From Eledone cirrhosa (lineage: Eukaryota): DNA of 64,000 bases. Below are positions 1-13,053 of this stretch, one piece after another. The notes below the pieces were generated by a model. It made no database searches, was not told the DNA's origin, and saw only the letters and a list, made by a program, of their open reading frames with translations. Where the stretch lies: NCBI GenBank assembly GCA_964016885.1, contig OZ024740.1:244838001-244902000 (forward strand), read 5' to 3'. How positions within the stretch are numbered: the first letter of the stretch is position 1; each line of letters starts with the position of its first letter. The translations under genes and the position numbers were made by a program.

Positions 1-23
1 TAATTAGTGATGCTGCAAAAAAA

Positions 24-830
24 TTATCTAAAAAAATTATCTAAGGTGCCATCATTAACCATACTGATATATTGGTGAGCATTTGACATATGTTGTTGTA
101 GATTTGTGTAAAGCCAGCTCTGGCTAAAACGCTTGTAATCACTAAAGCCACGTACAAAGAATGATAGATTACAAGTGTTAAGAGACTCAAAAGCTAAGCA
201 GTATGAACAATATAAGCACCTATTTTCTTTGTTATATGTTAGCGATTTTCTTGGGACTGAGCCATTCATAATATTCCTCTCGTACAAATGAGCATCAAAT
301 GGTAGGCTATCAAGTGGCTGACATGGATCTTCAGCAAAAAACTGTTTCAGATTTGATCGTGGTGGATATTGGAAGATTCCAGTCACTGATCTTTCATTTT
401 CTTGTAAAGGTTCATTTACAGAACGTGCTTCAGAAACCAAGTCATTTATGTCTGAAGTAATATTTGATCCCATGTCACTAGTTAAAGCTATGTACTCATA
501 TGTTGCAACTACAGGCTGTACAGATACTGGAACAATGAAGCCAGTAGTACAGGGCCTAGGTTGATTAGAAAAGGATGTACTTGTATTTTTCTCTACATCC
601 AATGTCACTCTTCCTTGTTCTTACAACTCATATGTCACTGCATCATCACCATGGCTCTTGTTTCTTGTTTCTCGATTATTTGTTGCAGAACAGGACATTG
701 ATGTTGATGGTGGTTGCAGTATTATAAAATTTGCAATAGACCTGCACCGCTTGGCTGACTCCTATCTTTCTGCTTCATGTCTCTTTTTACATTTCAGTGA
801 TCCAGATTTATGCTTTTCCATGTTGGTAGG
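24..830 (-). pseudogene. Decayed hAT-type transposase N-terminal region (TTF/ZMYM1-like zinc finger)
   Basis: ORF 24-608 contains 'LTYNKENRCLYCSYCLAFE...FVRGFSDYKRFSQ', resembling the ZnF_TTF region of hAT-derived proteins. The upstream minus-strand sequence reads like a basic N-terminus (MEKHKSGSLKCKKR). Reading frames are broken. Confidence 0.6.
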
Positions 831-1280
831 GGTAATATTCCTGATTTTCAAGGTTAAAACTTAATTTAAAATACCTGACATTGGTAAAAATGAACATACA
901 CAATTTTTCAATATATAATTGCAATGCATTACTAGGATTTCTAGGATAAATATAGTACTAATATAAATTTTTTAAATAATATTTTAGTTACTGTATAACC
1001 ATGTTGGTTGAATGGTTGATATAAATTAAACCAGACAAATCACTACTTTATATTATCATTTTTTATGCAAGTGATATCAAAATACAAAATTTGGAACATT
1101 ATCTCCTTCGACTTTTTTCAAGACATGTCTTGACTACGAGCAATAATTCTTGAAACCAAATATTTTAACCATTTGGTGTCTGCATTATTTCTGCTATATA
1201 TACTTTTGATGGTTCCAGTCATTTTAAGCGAAGCCATTTTGAGCGATGTCATTTTGAGCGAAGTTATTTTGAGTAATGTT

Positions 1281-1453
1281 AGAGCTGACAAGTTCATAGG
1301 CTGACCAAGATACTCTCATGGAATGACAAAATGATGTTTATTTTTCAACATAATCCCTGGAACGAAACAATGCAGTTATTAATAAGGAAAGTTGAAATTA
1401 ATGCATGGAAGATTTCACAGCTCTAGCATCACTACTTTTCAGTTACACTCGTA
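1281..1453. mobile_element. Short Tc1/mariner-like remnant
   Basis: 'aagttcataggctgaccaagatactctcatggaatg...tttatttttcaacata' and '...ctacttttcagttacactcgta' resemble mariner terminal sequences recalled from memory; no ORF. Confidence 0.35.
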
Positions 1454-2469
1454 CCACAGCCTGATTTGTACACGATATTGTTATATATAATGATATTGCA
1501 CAACTTCGCTCAACTTGACTTCATTCAAACGACTGGACACGACTTTTGATATCTACATTTTTAGGTAAAAAGTGAAAATCTGTTATTTTTTTGTTATTTT
1601 CTATTGCAATACCTTTTCATGGGTGACCTATACATGAATATATTACAATATTTCAACCCCTATGTAAATACAATGGTAAAAGGTAAAAATGTAATTATTT
1701 TGAAAAATGCAATAAAAGTACAAGTGTATAAAAAAAATAAACCCTATGTTATAATACTATTAGGAATATTTAAATCTATATACATTTCAATAATTGTAAA
1801 CAATATTTAGAAATTTCAATCAAATGATAAAAATTCCTATAATTTTCATTGATGTTCTAAATTAGCTACCTCTCTCACACATATATATATATATATGTGT
1901 GTGTGTGTCTGTGTGTGTGTCTGTGTGTGTGTCTGTATGTGTGTGTGTACATATATATATATATGCGTACACACACACAATATATATATATATATATATA
2001 CACAAAATTTGTTTCATAGCCGAAGTCCGTTCCCTTGTGAACTTTAGTTTCACTCCACAGATTTGCGCAGCCGTAGTTGTGAAATTGCTACCTCCTTGTG
2101 TATTTGAATGAAATATGTGTAAATCCATTAAATAATGGTTATATTCATTTTATATATGCTCTGTGATTGATGTAAAACTACTATGACTGGAAATTTACAA
2201 ATTGGATTAAATTCTGAACTTTTGCCAATCTTTCTGTAGATAATAAAATTGCATTTGAGCTTTAAATATCTGTCTGCCTTGTACAGTTGTATTATCAACT
2301 CATTTGATCTAATTATTACTGCTCCTTTTTCTGTTGAGCTTCGAAACAATGTTGGCAAAGATGTTAACCAAAGATTACCTTCTGATGTCCCTGAAATCCA
2401 TCCCTGTGCCGGAAAAGAAGATTTGTTTGAAATACTTAATTAATAGTATTAATTCTTTTATCCAACGTG

Positions 2470-3130
2470 TACGATAGACAATCATTTTTCATAAAAAGAA
2501 AAATGATAACAAAGAAAAAAATAACAATAGTTCTCCACCATATAAATTCGGATTTACAACAAACAAGCACCCACCACTTAATATTATCTTGGATAATTTT
2601 TTTTATAATTTGTTTAATATGATAAAAAATATCAAATTTAAAAAACCTTCCAAATACTATAACTCCGTCTTGAAACAACTTAACACTACAATTAACTATT
2701 TTAAAAAAGAAAAAAGAAGAAAATACATGTACTTGCCGATAAAACTAAAAATATGTATACTATGGATTTTAATACATATAATTCCTTTATCTACAAATAA
2801 CTAAATAAAAACTATTAAAAAAAACTAATAAAGCTAACGTAACTGAAATCAAGAAGCAGGGTAAAATATTATGAAAACTTAATTTGGAAAAATACACTGA
2901 CTCTTATATACCTACAATTCCTAGATTTAGCCATAAAAATTACTTCACAAATAATCCATCGATTAGATTACTTCGGTTATAGGAAGAATTAGTAAGAATA
3001 TATTAGATAGAATTATTCCCGATATCAAACAAAGAAACGGCACTTAACCTATGGGGTAGTACTATCGAGGTTATTGAGTGGTTCGTTAATTCAGATGATA
3101 TGAATAAAGTGAAATGTTTATAGTTTGGAG
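2470..3130 (+). mobile_element. Penelope-like element RT N-terminal remnant
   Basis: 2930-3120 translates (with frameshifts) to 'HKNYFTNNPSIRL...GRISKNILDRIIPDIKQ.TALNLWGSTIEVIEWF', typical of Penelope/Poseidon RT. Confidence 0.65.
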
Positions 3131-3233
3131 CTTGAGCAAGGTTTTTTCATTGTTATTTTATCCGTCTTTCTAGAAACAAGTGTTAAAAGAATAAAATGAC
3201 TTAATCTTTCACCGGTCCTATTTTTGCATTATT

Positions 3234-3422
3234 GGTGGATTGGCAGTATCGGTAGCGCGTTAGACAAAATGCTTTGCAGCATAGAGTTATGGCCCTTTAC
3301 GTTTTGAGTTCAAATCCCGCCGAGGTTAACTTTGCCCTTCCTTTTTACGGGGTCGATAAAATATAGCACCACTAATGCACTGGAATAATTGCTGGCCTTG
3401 TGCCAAAAGTAGAAACAATTAT
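3234..3422 (+). mobile_element. tRNA-derived SINE, family 1
   Basis: A-box-like 'tggcagtatcggt', B-box 'gagttcaaatcc', body 'gccttt..cc..acggggtcgataaa' and tail 'agaaacaattat'; at least 8 copies in the window. Confidence 0.85.
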
Positions 3423-3605
3423 TTATTTGCTCTGTACCACCACATTGATACTGCTCGTAGTATTTACTGAAACTACTTTTACGGATTATACCAGAGATGT
3501 GGGAAAATTCGCTTCATCTTACTGATTGCACACTGGTATGTCTGTGTATGTCTGTGAGTTTTTAGTTTGTGTTTTGGGGGGAGGGAGGGGGGCTTTTTCT
3601 GTAAA

Positions 3606-3686
<81 letters not shown>

Positions 3687-3715
3687 GTTATGTAATAAAC
3701 AACATAAGGCAATTA

Positions 3716-3775
3716 TTCCATTTACCAGTGGTTTCTTAAAAGCAAAAGATTTTGCTTTCAATCCTCAGAATGAAA
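3716..3775 (-). ncRNA. Type I hammerhead ribozyme motif (mirror copy)
   Basis: Exact reverse complement of 3790-3849. Confidence 0.85.
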
Positions 3776-3789
3776 AAATCCTGGGTTTT

Positions 3790-3849
3790 TTTCATTCTGA
3801 GGATTGAAAGCAAAATCTTTTGCTTTTAAGAAACCACTGGTAAATGGAA
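3790..3849 (+). ncRNA. Type I hammerhead ribozyme motif
   Basis: Stem I tttcatt/aatggaa; core CTGAGGA (3797-3803); 11-bp stem II ttgaaagcaaa/tttgcttttaa; GAAAC (3830-3834); 3-bp stem III with 3-nt loop; cleavage triplet GTA (3840-3842). Confidence 0.85.
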
Positions 3850-3946
3850 TAATTGCCTTATGTTGTTTATTACATAACTATTAAGCTCTGTTACCTACAT
3901 AGAGCACTCTTTTTTCTTGGACTTTTCCGACGGAATTACTTCATTT

Positions 3947-4023
<77 letters not shown>

Positions 4024-4184
4024 CATCATACGCAAGGTTGGAACATTCGAAGCTTTGAGAGAATATGAGTTTCATAGAAAATGCTATAAAATTCAAGCGT
4101 AGAACAATAACTGTAAATACAGATGATGGTTGCTACAAACAGGGGAGCATAATTGAGTAATATAGACGTAAAATAGTGGCCAGC

Positions 4185-4260
4185 ATTCGCTATGAAGAAT
4201 CGAACCCATATCATTCAGATACCAGCTGACTGTTCCAATCATTGAGCTAAGCCGCCCCTG
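4185..4260 (-). mobile_element. tRNA-derived element head (not a functional tRNA)
   Basis: Reverse strand 'ggcggcttagctcaatgattggaacagtcagctggtatctgaatgatatgggttcgattc' has A- and B-box-like motifs; cloverleaf imperfect. Confidence 0.5.
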
Positions 4261-4316
4261 ACACACACACAAACATACATGTATGTATGTATGTATGTAT
4301 GTATGTATGTATGTAG

Positions 4317-4722
4317 AGATGACCCCTTAGCCTTTGTCAAGGCAGAATTCTAGGAGAAGGAAAACTCTGATATAACACCTGCAACCCTGATGGTATCCAA
4401 TGATGTTGACTTGTTCTTCTTTTTGGTAAATATCATCTTGGTTAAGAGAGTGGGACTGGCTTTGTGCAGTGCCTTTGCTCACTATAAAAGCTTCACGGCA
4501 CAGGCATTGCTTTATATCTGGAGATCTCTCTGCACTTGTCGTCACATGGTACCATGGGCCTAGCACTATGTGTCAATAATTGTCACAAGTGTAGTGTTTG
4601 TACGAGTGTTTTCAAGTCGCTGGCTGGACTAAAAAGTCACACTCGTTCAGCGCATAGGTAGGGGTTCTCCTACATGGATATAAAGTAGTGGTCGTACTCG
4701 AAAACGAGTTGGCAGCCACCAT
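4317..4722 (-). mobile_element. Non-autonomous element embedded in (TACA)n; near-identical to 51077-51483
   Basis: ORFs 4327-4566(-) and 51233-51472(+) translate almost identically; both copies start 'atgg(t/c)ggctgccaactcg' next to (CATA)n. Confidence 0.85.
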
Positions 4723-4843
4723 GTATGTACGTACATACATACGTGCGTACGTGTGTGTATATGTGTGTGTGTATGTACGTATGTGTGTATGTATGTGTGC
4801 GTGCGTGTGTTTGTGTGTGTGTATTTATGCATGTATTATCTAA

Positions 4844-4912
4844 TGATTCTGACGAGTTCTCTACAAAGGAACTAAATATTACCTCCTGTATTTGAATGAA
4901 ACATATAAATCA
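4844..4912 (+). ncRNA. Type I hammerhead motif, one stem III mismatch
   Basis: tgatt-CTGACGA-gttc...gaat-GAAAC-at-ATA-aatca; C15.2 faces A instead of G. A related 3' half lies at ~2085-2135. Confidence 0.6.
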
Positions 4913-5489
4913 AATAAATAATATATTAATGCATTGAACCTTGGTTGTGTGTGTATGTGTGAAGTTGACGGATGTGAGAATGAGAGACATTTGATCCTAT
5001 GAATACATAAGTAAAACTCCAGTGTAACAAAGCTAATCACCATAAAACCTCTGCCTTCTTTTTCAGTTGATGCCTTTTTTCTTACCATTTTTCTTTTTTT
5101 TTCCCTTCATATATGTAATTCGCCGAAAGGCACAACTCATCCAGAGTCTACCTGTTTTGTTGCATCCCAATGTGCTCTGGTATCAAAAGTATCAACCTTG
5201 ATGCATCAAATCTATAGTGATTTCCAGATGCTGATTGATAAGAAGGGATTTCCAGTTTTCTGATTTTTTCGTTGTCTTTGTGATGTACACCCAAATGTTT
5301 TTGGATATATATATAGAGTGGCGGACCGACTAGGTTGTCCGGTTGCACACATATATGTATATATTTTTATATAGCTGTATACATACACGCACACACACAT
5401 ATATGATATGTACGTATGTTTCCATATATATATATATGTGGGGGGGGGGGGGCGTGTGTGTGTGTGTGTAGTTATAATAAATAAGAGAC

Positions 5490-6470
5490 ACGGTTTTATT
5501 CGTACATCTTCATTTTATTATTTAGTTCATAACACGTATTTCAAAGATGCAATGGTAGTTATATAATAACCATCTGGCATGTTTTCTTCACATGAATTGA
5601 GATGTAATTATTCCATTGATATGCTACTGGTTTAACGTATCGATAACCTCACTGTCCAGTACTCATATGACTAGATTCATATAGTAGCAATTCTATTTGG
5701 AGTGGGAGACAGTATTGTTGCTGGTGTTGGTGATTGGAACATGGCTGGGGTATCAAGTTACCAGAGTGGTCGTTTGTTTCTTAGAATGGCTTGAAAGTAC
5801 TGATATTTTTTTAATTTCTGGACTTAATTTTACGTACTTAGATTTCAATCGTAGGTATTAATAATTTGATAGTGAGGTTACAATGTATCTATATATTTAT
5901 ATATGGTTTATTACTTAATTAATGGTCGATTTTATATTACTTATGGAAGTTTTAACTATATATTCTGAGGAATGTCTTATATATTTGGTGTAAGCATGTA
6001 TTAAGTATGTCGGAGCGTTTATTGATAATTTTGTGCCTACTATTTATATCTAAAGTCTCGTTAATACAGAGGTCACACCCGGAAGATATAGATCTGTTTA
6101 TATAAAGAAAAGCATATGAAAGTAGTGACCAAGGGAAAGAGAGTATTGTACTTGGTTATTTTTTAACGTGTAAATCAGTTCTGACGGGGCTGTGTTAGAC
6201 CATTTATCAACTCTTTTAAAGGTGTGGCGGTGGTTATACCATCTTTCCTTAAAGCTAGTTGAGGTTGCACCAATATATCTATATGTTTAATTACTTGTTG
6301 TTACTCTACATTCATAAACAATGTTTTTGCATATAACATCTGTTAGGGACTCAGCAATTGCAATTAGTCTTGTTACTGTTCGTTGTTCCTTCCCTGTGTC
6401 TGTGTGCCCGTTGGTTTGTCTCATTTGTGTTTATAGTGTTTTGTCTATTAATCGCATTGTTATCTAATTA
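5490..6470 (-). mobile_element. Penelope-like element 3' part: GIY-YIG endonuclease remnant plus 3' terminal region
   Basis: Minus strand 6215-6285 reads 'YRYIGATSTSFKERWYNHRHTFK', preceded by the 'NCNC...C...C' Zn linker; followed by a degenerate HHR at 5526-5596. Confidence 0.85.
5526..5596 (-). ncRNA. Degenerate hammerhead motif in the Penelope 3' terminal region
   Basis: ttcat-GTGAAGA-aaacatgc...gcatcttt-GAAAT-acgt-GTT-atgaa; C3>G and C15.2>T. Confidence 0.55.
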
Positions 6471-6474
6471 TCAA

Positions 6475-6537
<63 letters not shown>

Positions 6538-6943
6538 TGTGTATATATATGTATGCATGTGTATATGTATGTAAGTATGAGCATGTAAGTATGTGTATGT
6601 GAGTATATGTATTTTGTAGAGGTGAGCATATATGTTTGTGTGTGAATGCGTGGGCGAAAGGATACGTACACTTGAAAGAAAAATTTAAGTCTGAATGTTA
6701 ATTAAGTGCAAACACAAAACCAACCATGCATATCTATACTGTCTCTAATCCTTCTATAGATTTAGAAAAATAACCAATAATATATTCTATAAAAATGTCA
6801 AAACAACAGATGGGAATCTAATTACTCACTGCCACCAAAAATTCTCACTGCTATCAAAAAACCACTCCCTCAACTATTCTTCTAACAACTTCACCCCTCC
6901 CTCCTAATATTCTCTATAAAAACCAAACAGGTCCTCAGTAAAA

Positions 6944-7064
6944 TTATTCCGATGAAATGACAGTTGATAATAACATTGAAATATTGAATGTCTGCATAAC
7001 TAATACTTTGTAGATAGCAGCTGTTTTCAGGTTATGTAACTGTTATAGAAACACGTTTCAATAA
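6944..7064 (+). ncRNA. Hammerhead-like motif with CCGATGA core and long stem II
   Basis: ttatt-CCGATGA-aatgacagtt...aactgttata-GAAAC-acgt-TTC-aataa; the element ends at (TA)n at ~7215. Confidence 0.5.
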
Positions 7065-7211
7065 ATTACTTTTAACTAAACTGTATCCATTAAAATCCTT
7101 CTATTTTTCTCCGGATTACTTTTGGAACTACAACTGGAACCGTCGAGCAAACTCTACGTGAGCTGTCCATCCACTGTGTGTAATATTTATATTACAACAC
7201 TACGGAAAATA

Positions 7212-7296
<85 letters not shown>

Positions 7297-7299
7297 CTT

Positions 7300-8200
7300 G
7301 CTAGTGGGCGTTTTTTCTTTATTGTTAATTCCTAAATTTCTATTATTAATCTTCGCTATGTTTTGTGCTATGACTTTGGTTGTTGAGTAAGAGAGCTTAA
7401 TCGTGTGTCGATTAAAGATTTAACTGTACTTGTGTGATTTTGGTAAACATTTATCTAACGCGTTAAAACAAAGTCTAGCTATGTTTTGGGGGTTTTTTTT
7501 TTTGTAGTCCCAATGAGTAGTGTGGATTATACCATAGAACGGAACGGGATCTCACAATCTTATTTGATTTCATGGTAGTAGTTGAATTAGATGTATTGAA
7601 TGTCGGGATTGTTCTGTTTCTATTGTTTTGGATTCGGGTACCCCTATTATTATTATTGCCATTAATTGTGTGTTTATTAGTGTTTATGCCATTGGTTTGT
7701 TTGTGCCTATGAGTGGGTGTGTAATTGTTCTATCTTTTTGTATGTATTCTATTTTATCGTGGTATCCAACGCTAGCTAATGCATTATTGTAGTAACTGGC
7801 CTGGCTATTGAAGATTTTCCTATTTGCTAAAAGTCTAGAGATTCTCTGTTCTACGCTTTTGACTATGGCCTTTTTGACATTACTAGGGTGGTGTGAGAAG
7901 TAGCTAACGTAGTTGCGGTTTTGTTTAATTTGTGGTATGGGTAGTATAGGGCAGAATTAAGGTTTAGTGTAATGTCGAGGAAGTTAGCTATTCTACTGTT
8001 AGTTCCTATTTCTAGTTTAAGACCGTAATTGCTAAAAAAAAAGTATATTATTATTTTCTTATTTTCTGTTGCTATGTTTAAGTAAAGTAAAATGTGCATC
8101 ATCGCGATAGAAACTTTCGCCTAGTTCGGGAATCCTTCTTTTTATTAGGTGTAGGTCCGTAACTTGAGCTGTGTCAATAGATCCCATTGTAATGTCAAAA
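7300..8200 (-). mobile_element. Penelope-like RT core/thumb remnant (probably the same element as 5490-6470)
   Basis: Minus strand reads 'FYRDD' at ~8097-8112, 'ANFLDITLNLN..YYPYHK', 'SYYNNALASVGY' and 'WYNPHYS...IFNRHTIKLSYST'. Confidence 0.85.
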
Positions 8201-8372
8201 CTACTACTATTATCAGTAACCGTACGTATTTTTTACTTATTTTTTACTTATTTTTTACATCTTTATCATTTTCATTTCTACTTCTTTATACTTTTCTTAT
8301 TGTTTATTATTGTTTTCATTCACTTGATTCTCCGATGTATCTATAAAGACCAGTGCCATGTGTTACACCCTC

Positions 8373-8487
8373 CAGTATTCCGATGATTTGATCAGAGGCG
8401 TACATTGTATTTAAGGTCGGGTGACGCAATTTCGAGTGATCAGCGGCTTTTAGACTCACCTGATCAATGAAACAATTGTTAATACTG
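8373..8487 (+). ncRNA. Type I hammerhead motif with CCGATGA core and long stem II insert
   Basis: 7-bp stem I cagtatt/aatactg; CCGATGA (8380-8386); 8-bp stem II ttgatcag/ctgatcaa closed by T.T; GAAAC-aatt-GTT (palindromic stem III acaattgt); followed by aataaa and (TA)n. Confidence 0.7.
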
Positions 8488-8534
8488 TAAATAAAACCCT
8501 TTTTGTACAGCCGACCATGTTATTCTTCACTCTT

Positions 8535-8578
<44 letters not shown>

Positions 8579-8861
8579 AATATTGAATATGTATCGAGGT
8601 TGTAGCTGCAATATATGTTCATGTAGTTCGTCAGGTAGCCAATTTATAATGAGATTCAAAACAGACAAACCTTGTTTTATATCATATATATATGGTTTAA
8701 AACAAGGTTTGTTGGTTTGGATTCTTATTCCAAAATGGCTGTCTGACGAACTACATGAATTTTTCGAGTAAGGAAACTGCAAGAGACGGCCAATGTTGAT
8801 TTCAGATGACGAAATTAAAATTTTACTTTTTGGTGTTTTTTTTAAATTGTTGCTGCTATTA

Positions 8862-8952
<91 letters not shown>

Positions 8953-9429
8953 TGCGTGTCTGTGTGCGTGTGTGTGTGTTACACCGTATATCGGTGAACG
9001 ATGTAAACATCGACGAAGCCAGAGCTCTTCGTAGACGTCCTTTACAAGAGCGAAGTCTCTTGACCGAATTACAGGCAGCTCCTTGTTACTCTTGTCGTCA
9101 GAAATGCTGTAATTGGCCCTATGGAAACCTGAAAAAAAAGCATGATGGTTATTGCTGGAATGTCTTTGACCCTGTGTCTGCTCAAGCAGTACCTTTACTA
9201 GAGGTAAACAACACCAATGGTTATAATTTATCTGATCCAGACTTATGGTCAAAAGTGTTCCAGTCATGACCATCCCATATTCTACCCGGGCGTAGTATAT
9301 GCACTTTCTATTGTATCCTTCCTTTCTAAATTGTGATTTAATCAAATGGTCAATAGACTTCATTGCGGCTATGATATGTAATCAAGGACAACAATTGTTC
9401 ATATGTGATAGCTTCATAACACTTTACCA

Positions 9430-10020
9430 CAGATATCACTGCATGCGATATCAGTAAATCATCCGTCCATGTCTGCCATGTGGACCTCCTTGCAAAACTT
9501 TCCACCTATATGCTATATGCATCCCTCGTCTCTTTGATCGGCGGTTTCCTATCACATCACACCCTCGCGACTATTGTTGATAGAATCCTTTCTTGCCCAC
9601 ACTCGATCAACTCTGATGTACCACAATGTTCACTTTTTTCTTTTACTCTCTTCCTCCTATACATCAACAACCTATTTGTCATCACCTTTAAGAATGTCCA
9701 TTCCAACACAAACAACACAACCCACACTAACATCCCACACCCAAGAAACAGTCACTTGCAACCTAAACACATCACGCAAAACCTGCAGAACAGAAACGCC
9801 CGAAAACATTCTCCACTGAGGTCATATCAAGATCCAAGATACAACCACCACACATATTAAGAAAACATTGTTGTACCCCTCTAAGCATGAATTAAAATCC
9901 TCAAATTTACCAAACGTGCTTGCCTTCATCATTACTGGTTAACCCTCCTGATGAACGCATATCCTCAACATAGCAAAGATTGCATTACAGAGACTCACCT
10001 TCCTCTGAAAGGCGAGAAAA
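9430..10020 (+). mobile_element. Decayed Jockey/CR1-group LINE RT fragment
   Basis: 'DISK...H.DLLAKLSTY...FLSHHTLATIVD...SINSDVPQCSLFSFTLFLLYINNL' matches the RT motifs DISKAFD/GVPQGS.LSP.LF.LYINDL. Confidence 0.75.
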
Positions 10021-11036
10021 TACTAAGTGTTCGTGGTAGTGAAACTGGTGAAATTGGGGAGCTTTACCTAGCGTGTGCACTGTAGAGTTGGTTGCAAAGC
10101 AGTCAGCAGATGTGGAGGTAGCACTGCTTACAGAATCATCATGGTCGCTGGTGTCACGTATAATGATATCTGGGGGTTAGGTTTTGTGTGGCTGTAACAT
10201 ACAGATGAACGGTTGCTATAGCTGATTACATATAGCCACATCAAAGATTACTGAACCCAGTAGCATGTGTGTCAGAACAGAGATCCAATGAAAAGATCGT
10301 TCAAACGTCACAAACGTTAGCTCAATAGTTAAGTTTCTGTTGACATATTCAATGTAAGATCAGATTGACATTCTGACATTTTGGGTGATTACATAACATG
10401 TCATTGTATGTGTAACTGCTTCAGTCCATGTTATGCGTGTAAACTTGAACACAAGTAGAAGTGTAGGTATGTAGGTATGTAGACATGTGGACATGTACAT
10501 ATGTTGATATGTGCATAGGTAAATACGTGGATAAAAAACATAGAGTAAAGTGATTTGAGTCCCATGTTCCGCTGGCTTACAGTACCTAGAATGAGCCGCT
10601 ATCCAAGGTTACAGACCCCACTCTTCATTGTCTTCGAAGCGCTACGTTAGATTTCGACCTGCGTTGAGAAAAGAGGAGAGACGTATGAGGGACCGAGAGG
10701 CTAGCAACCTTATCTCCAGTAATCCAAATTGTTACAAAAACGTCCAACCGATCTGTCAAAGAGCTAAGAGAACTAAAGAAGAAAATTGAAATATGGACGT
10801 GTAGACATGTGATCATGTTAATATGTAGACATGTGTATATATGTATGTATACGTAGATATCCCTATGTGTATATATGTGGTCATGGAGATACATTAATAT
10901 ATAAACATGTGATCATGCGGTAATGTTTACATGCGGGCATGTAGATAAGTGTGTTTGTATGCACAGAGCTTCCGTTACAGTTTTGTGCTTGTGGGGGAGG
11001 TTAAGTATATATACTGTACATGTGTATTATTATTAT

Positions 11037-11223
11037 GGTGAATTGGCAGTATCGGTAGAGGGTCGGACGCCATGCTTTCCAGCATAGTTACGTTCCTTTA
11101 CGCTCTGAGTTCAAATCCCGTCGAGGTTAACTTTGCCTTTCATCCTTACCGGGTCGATAAAATAAAGTACCAGTAATGCACTGGGTAATTTGCTGGCCTT
11201 GTGCCAAAAGTAGAAACAATTAT
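11037..11223 (+). mobile_element. tRNA-derived SINE, family 1
   Basis: Collinear with the other family 1 copies. Confidence 0.85.
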
Positions 11224-12122
11224 TAGCTCAGGTTTTTGTATCACCAATAGGAGACTAAGAAAGAAATTAAAAACATGATTAACATATTTAGAGTCAATAG
11301 AAAATCAGTGTAGTAAAAACAAGTAAATTCAAATTTCTACGTTATTGGCGAGGCTTAAGCCCCAAAAGCCGGAAGGCTTGATGTACGCCTGTATGTATAG
11401 TCGACGTAACGGGGGTATGTTGACATGTAGACGTGTATACACCATAGTTAGGAATCTGATGGATATAATAAATATTCAATTTCAAAAAGAAATGTATGTA
11501 TATATGTGCTTCTAAGTGATTGTACATGCGTCAGGTTGTACGTGTATCTTTCTGTGTCAGTTCTCTTCGCAACAATGAGTTCCTGGATTCTATCACATCT
11601 CGCGGTATCTTAGGCAAATGTCACGTGAATTCTGAATATATTAAAAAGACATGTGTTTGTGGAACACTTAGCCACCTACACTGTAATACAATAACTACAT
11701 AGTTCCACTTGCTAAGAATATATATATATATACATATACATATACATATATATATATAGAATGAGACAGAGAGAGAGAGGGGGAGAGAGAGAGGATGAAG
11801 GAGAGAGGGAGAAGAGAAAGAACGGGGGGAGGGGGAGAAAATGAGGGAGAGACAGACAGAGTGGGAGAAATGCACCGTTTATTAATGCCGTGCTCTCTAT
11901 CCATTACATACTTTGTCACTTACACTATAATACGTTAACTAGGTAGGTTCAACTGTTAAGTATATATATATACACACACACGCATATATATATATATATG
12001 TGTGTATATATATATATGTACACACACACACACACATATATATATATATTTGTATATATTTATATATATATACATATATACATATATATATATACACATA
12101 TATATATACACACACACACGCG

Positions 12123-12213
<91 letters not shown>

Positions 12214-12347
12214 GTGTGTGTGCGTGTGTGTGTGTGTGTGTATTCTGTACACAGCAGAACAATACCCATCACTTAGCGAAAGTAAAAGATGGTTAATTTG
12301 TACTTCGGTATTGAGTACTCATTCTCACGTCCGTCAATATTACACAC

Positions 12348-12453
<106 letters not shown>

Positions 12454-12572
12454 ATGTGCGTGTGTGTGTATGAATATGTGTGTGTGTGTGAATATGTGTG
12501 TGTGCGTGAATATGTGCGTGCGTGTGTGTGAATATGCGTGTGTACTCATTGGTGTTGTAACTAATCAAATAA

Positions 12573-13053
12573 TCTTAACTATAATAAAGGAAGATCTGCA
12601 GGATTGCGTTCAGAATATATTTTATTACCCCGTTTGTAAAATAAATTGGATTACTTTGAATAAATAATGAATGAATATTACATAATTTATGTGCTAAATT
12701 TCGTGGCTGTTCATTAAATATATTTTATAGCTTATTTAAAGATCTTTAAAATTATCAAATGTCAACACTTCCGGTTAACGGCCATTATATTATAACACTT
12801 ATAATCGCATATATTTCCGTCGCTAATTTTCTCCTAATGCAGTTTATATATAACGTCGTCCTTTTTTTTATATATCATGGATTACTGATTACAAAAACAG
12901 TGCAACATAGGCTTTGTTCAATTTCTGTGTATATTGTCAATTACGATTTTATTTGATGTATCATATTTACATGCATATATATTTGTGTATAATATCAACA
13001 TACACACTAAACATGCTAGCAGAAAACCACACGTAGGGTGGTTTTTCTGCTAG
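12573..13053 (+). mobile_element. Non-autonomous Helitron (~480 bp)
   Basis: Starts TC (a|tcttaactataataaag); ends with hairpin cagaaaaccac..gtggtttttctg then CTAG|t; lies between A and T without a TSD; both ends recur at 21664 and 25041. Confidence 0.7.

Larger units (their letters stand above)
3684..3881. repeat. Perfect palindrome (~95-bp arms) beside (TA)n, carrying two HHR motifs
   Basis: 3684-3778 is the reverse complement of 3786-3881; short spacer 'tcctggg'. Confidence 0.95.
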
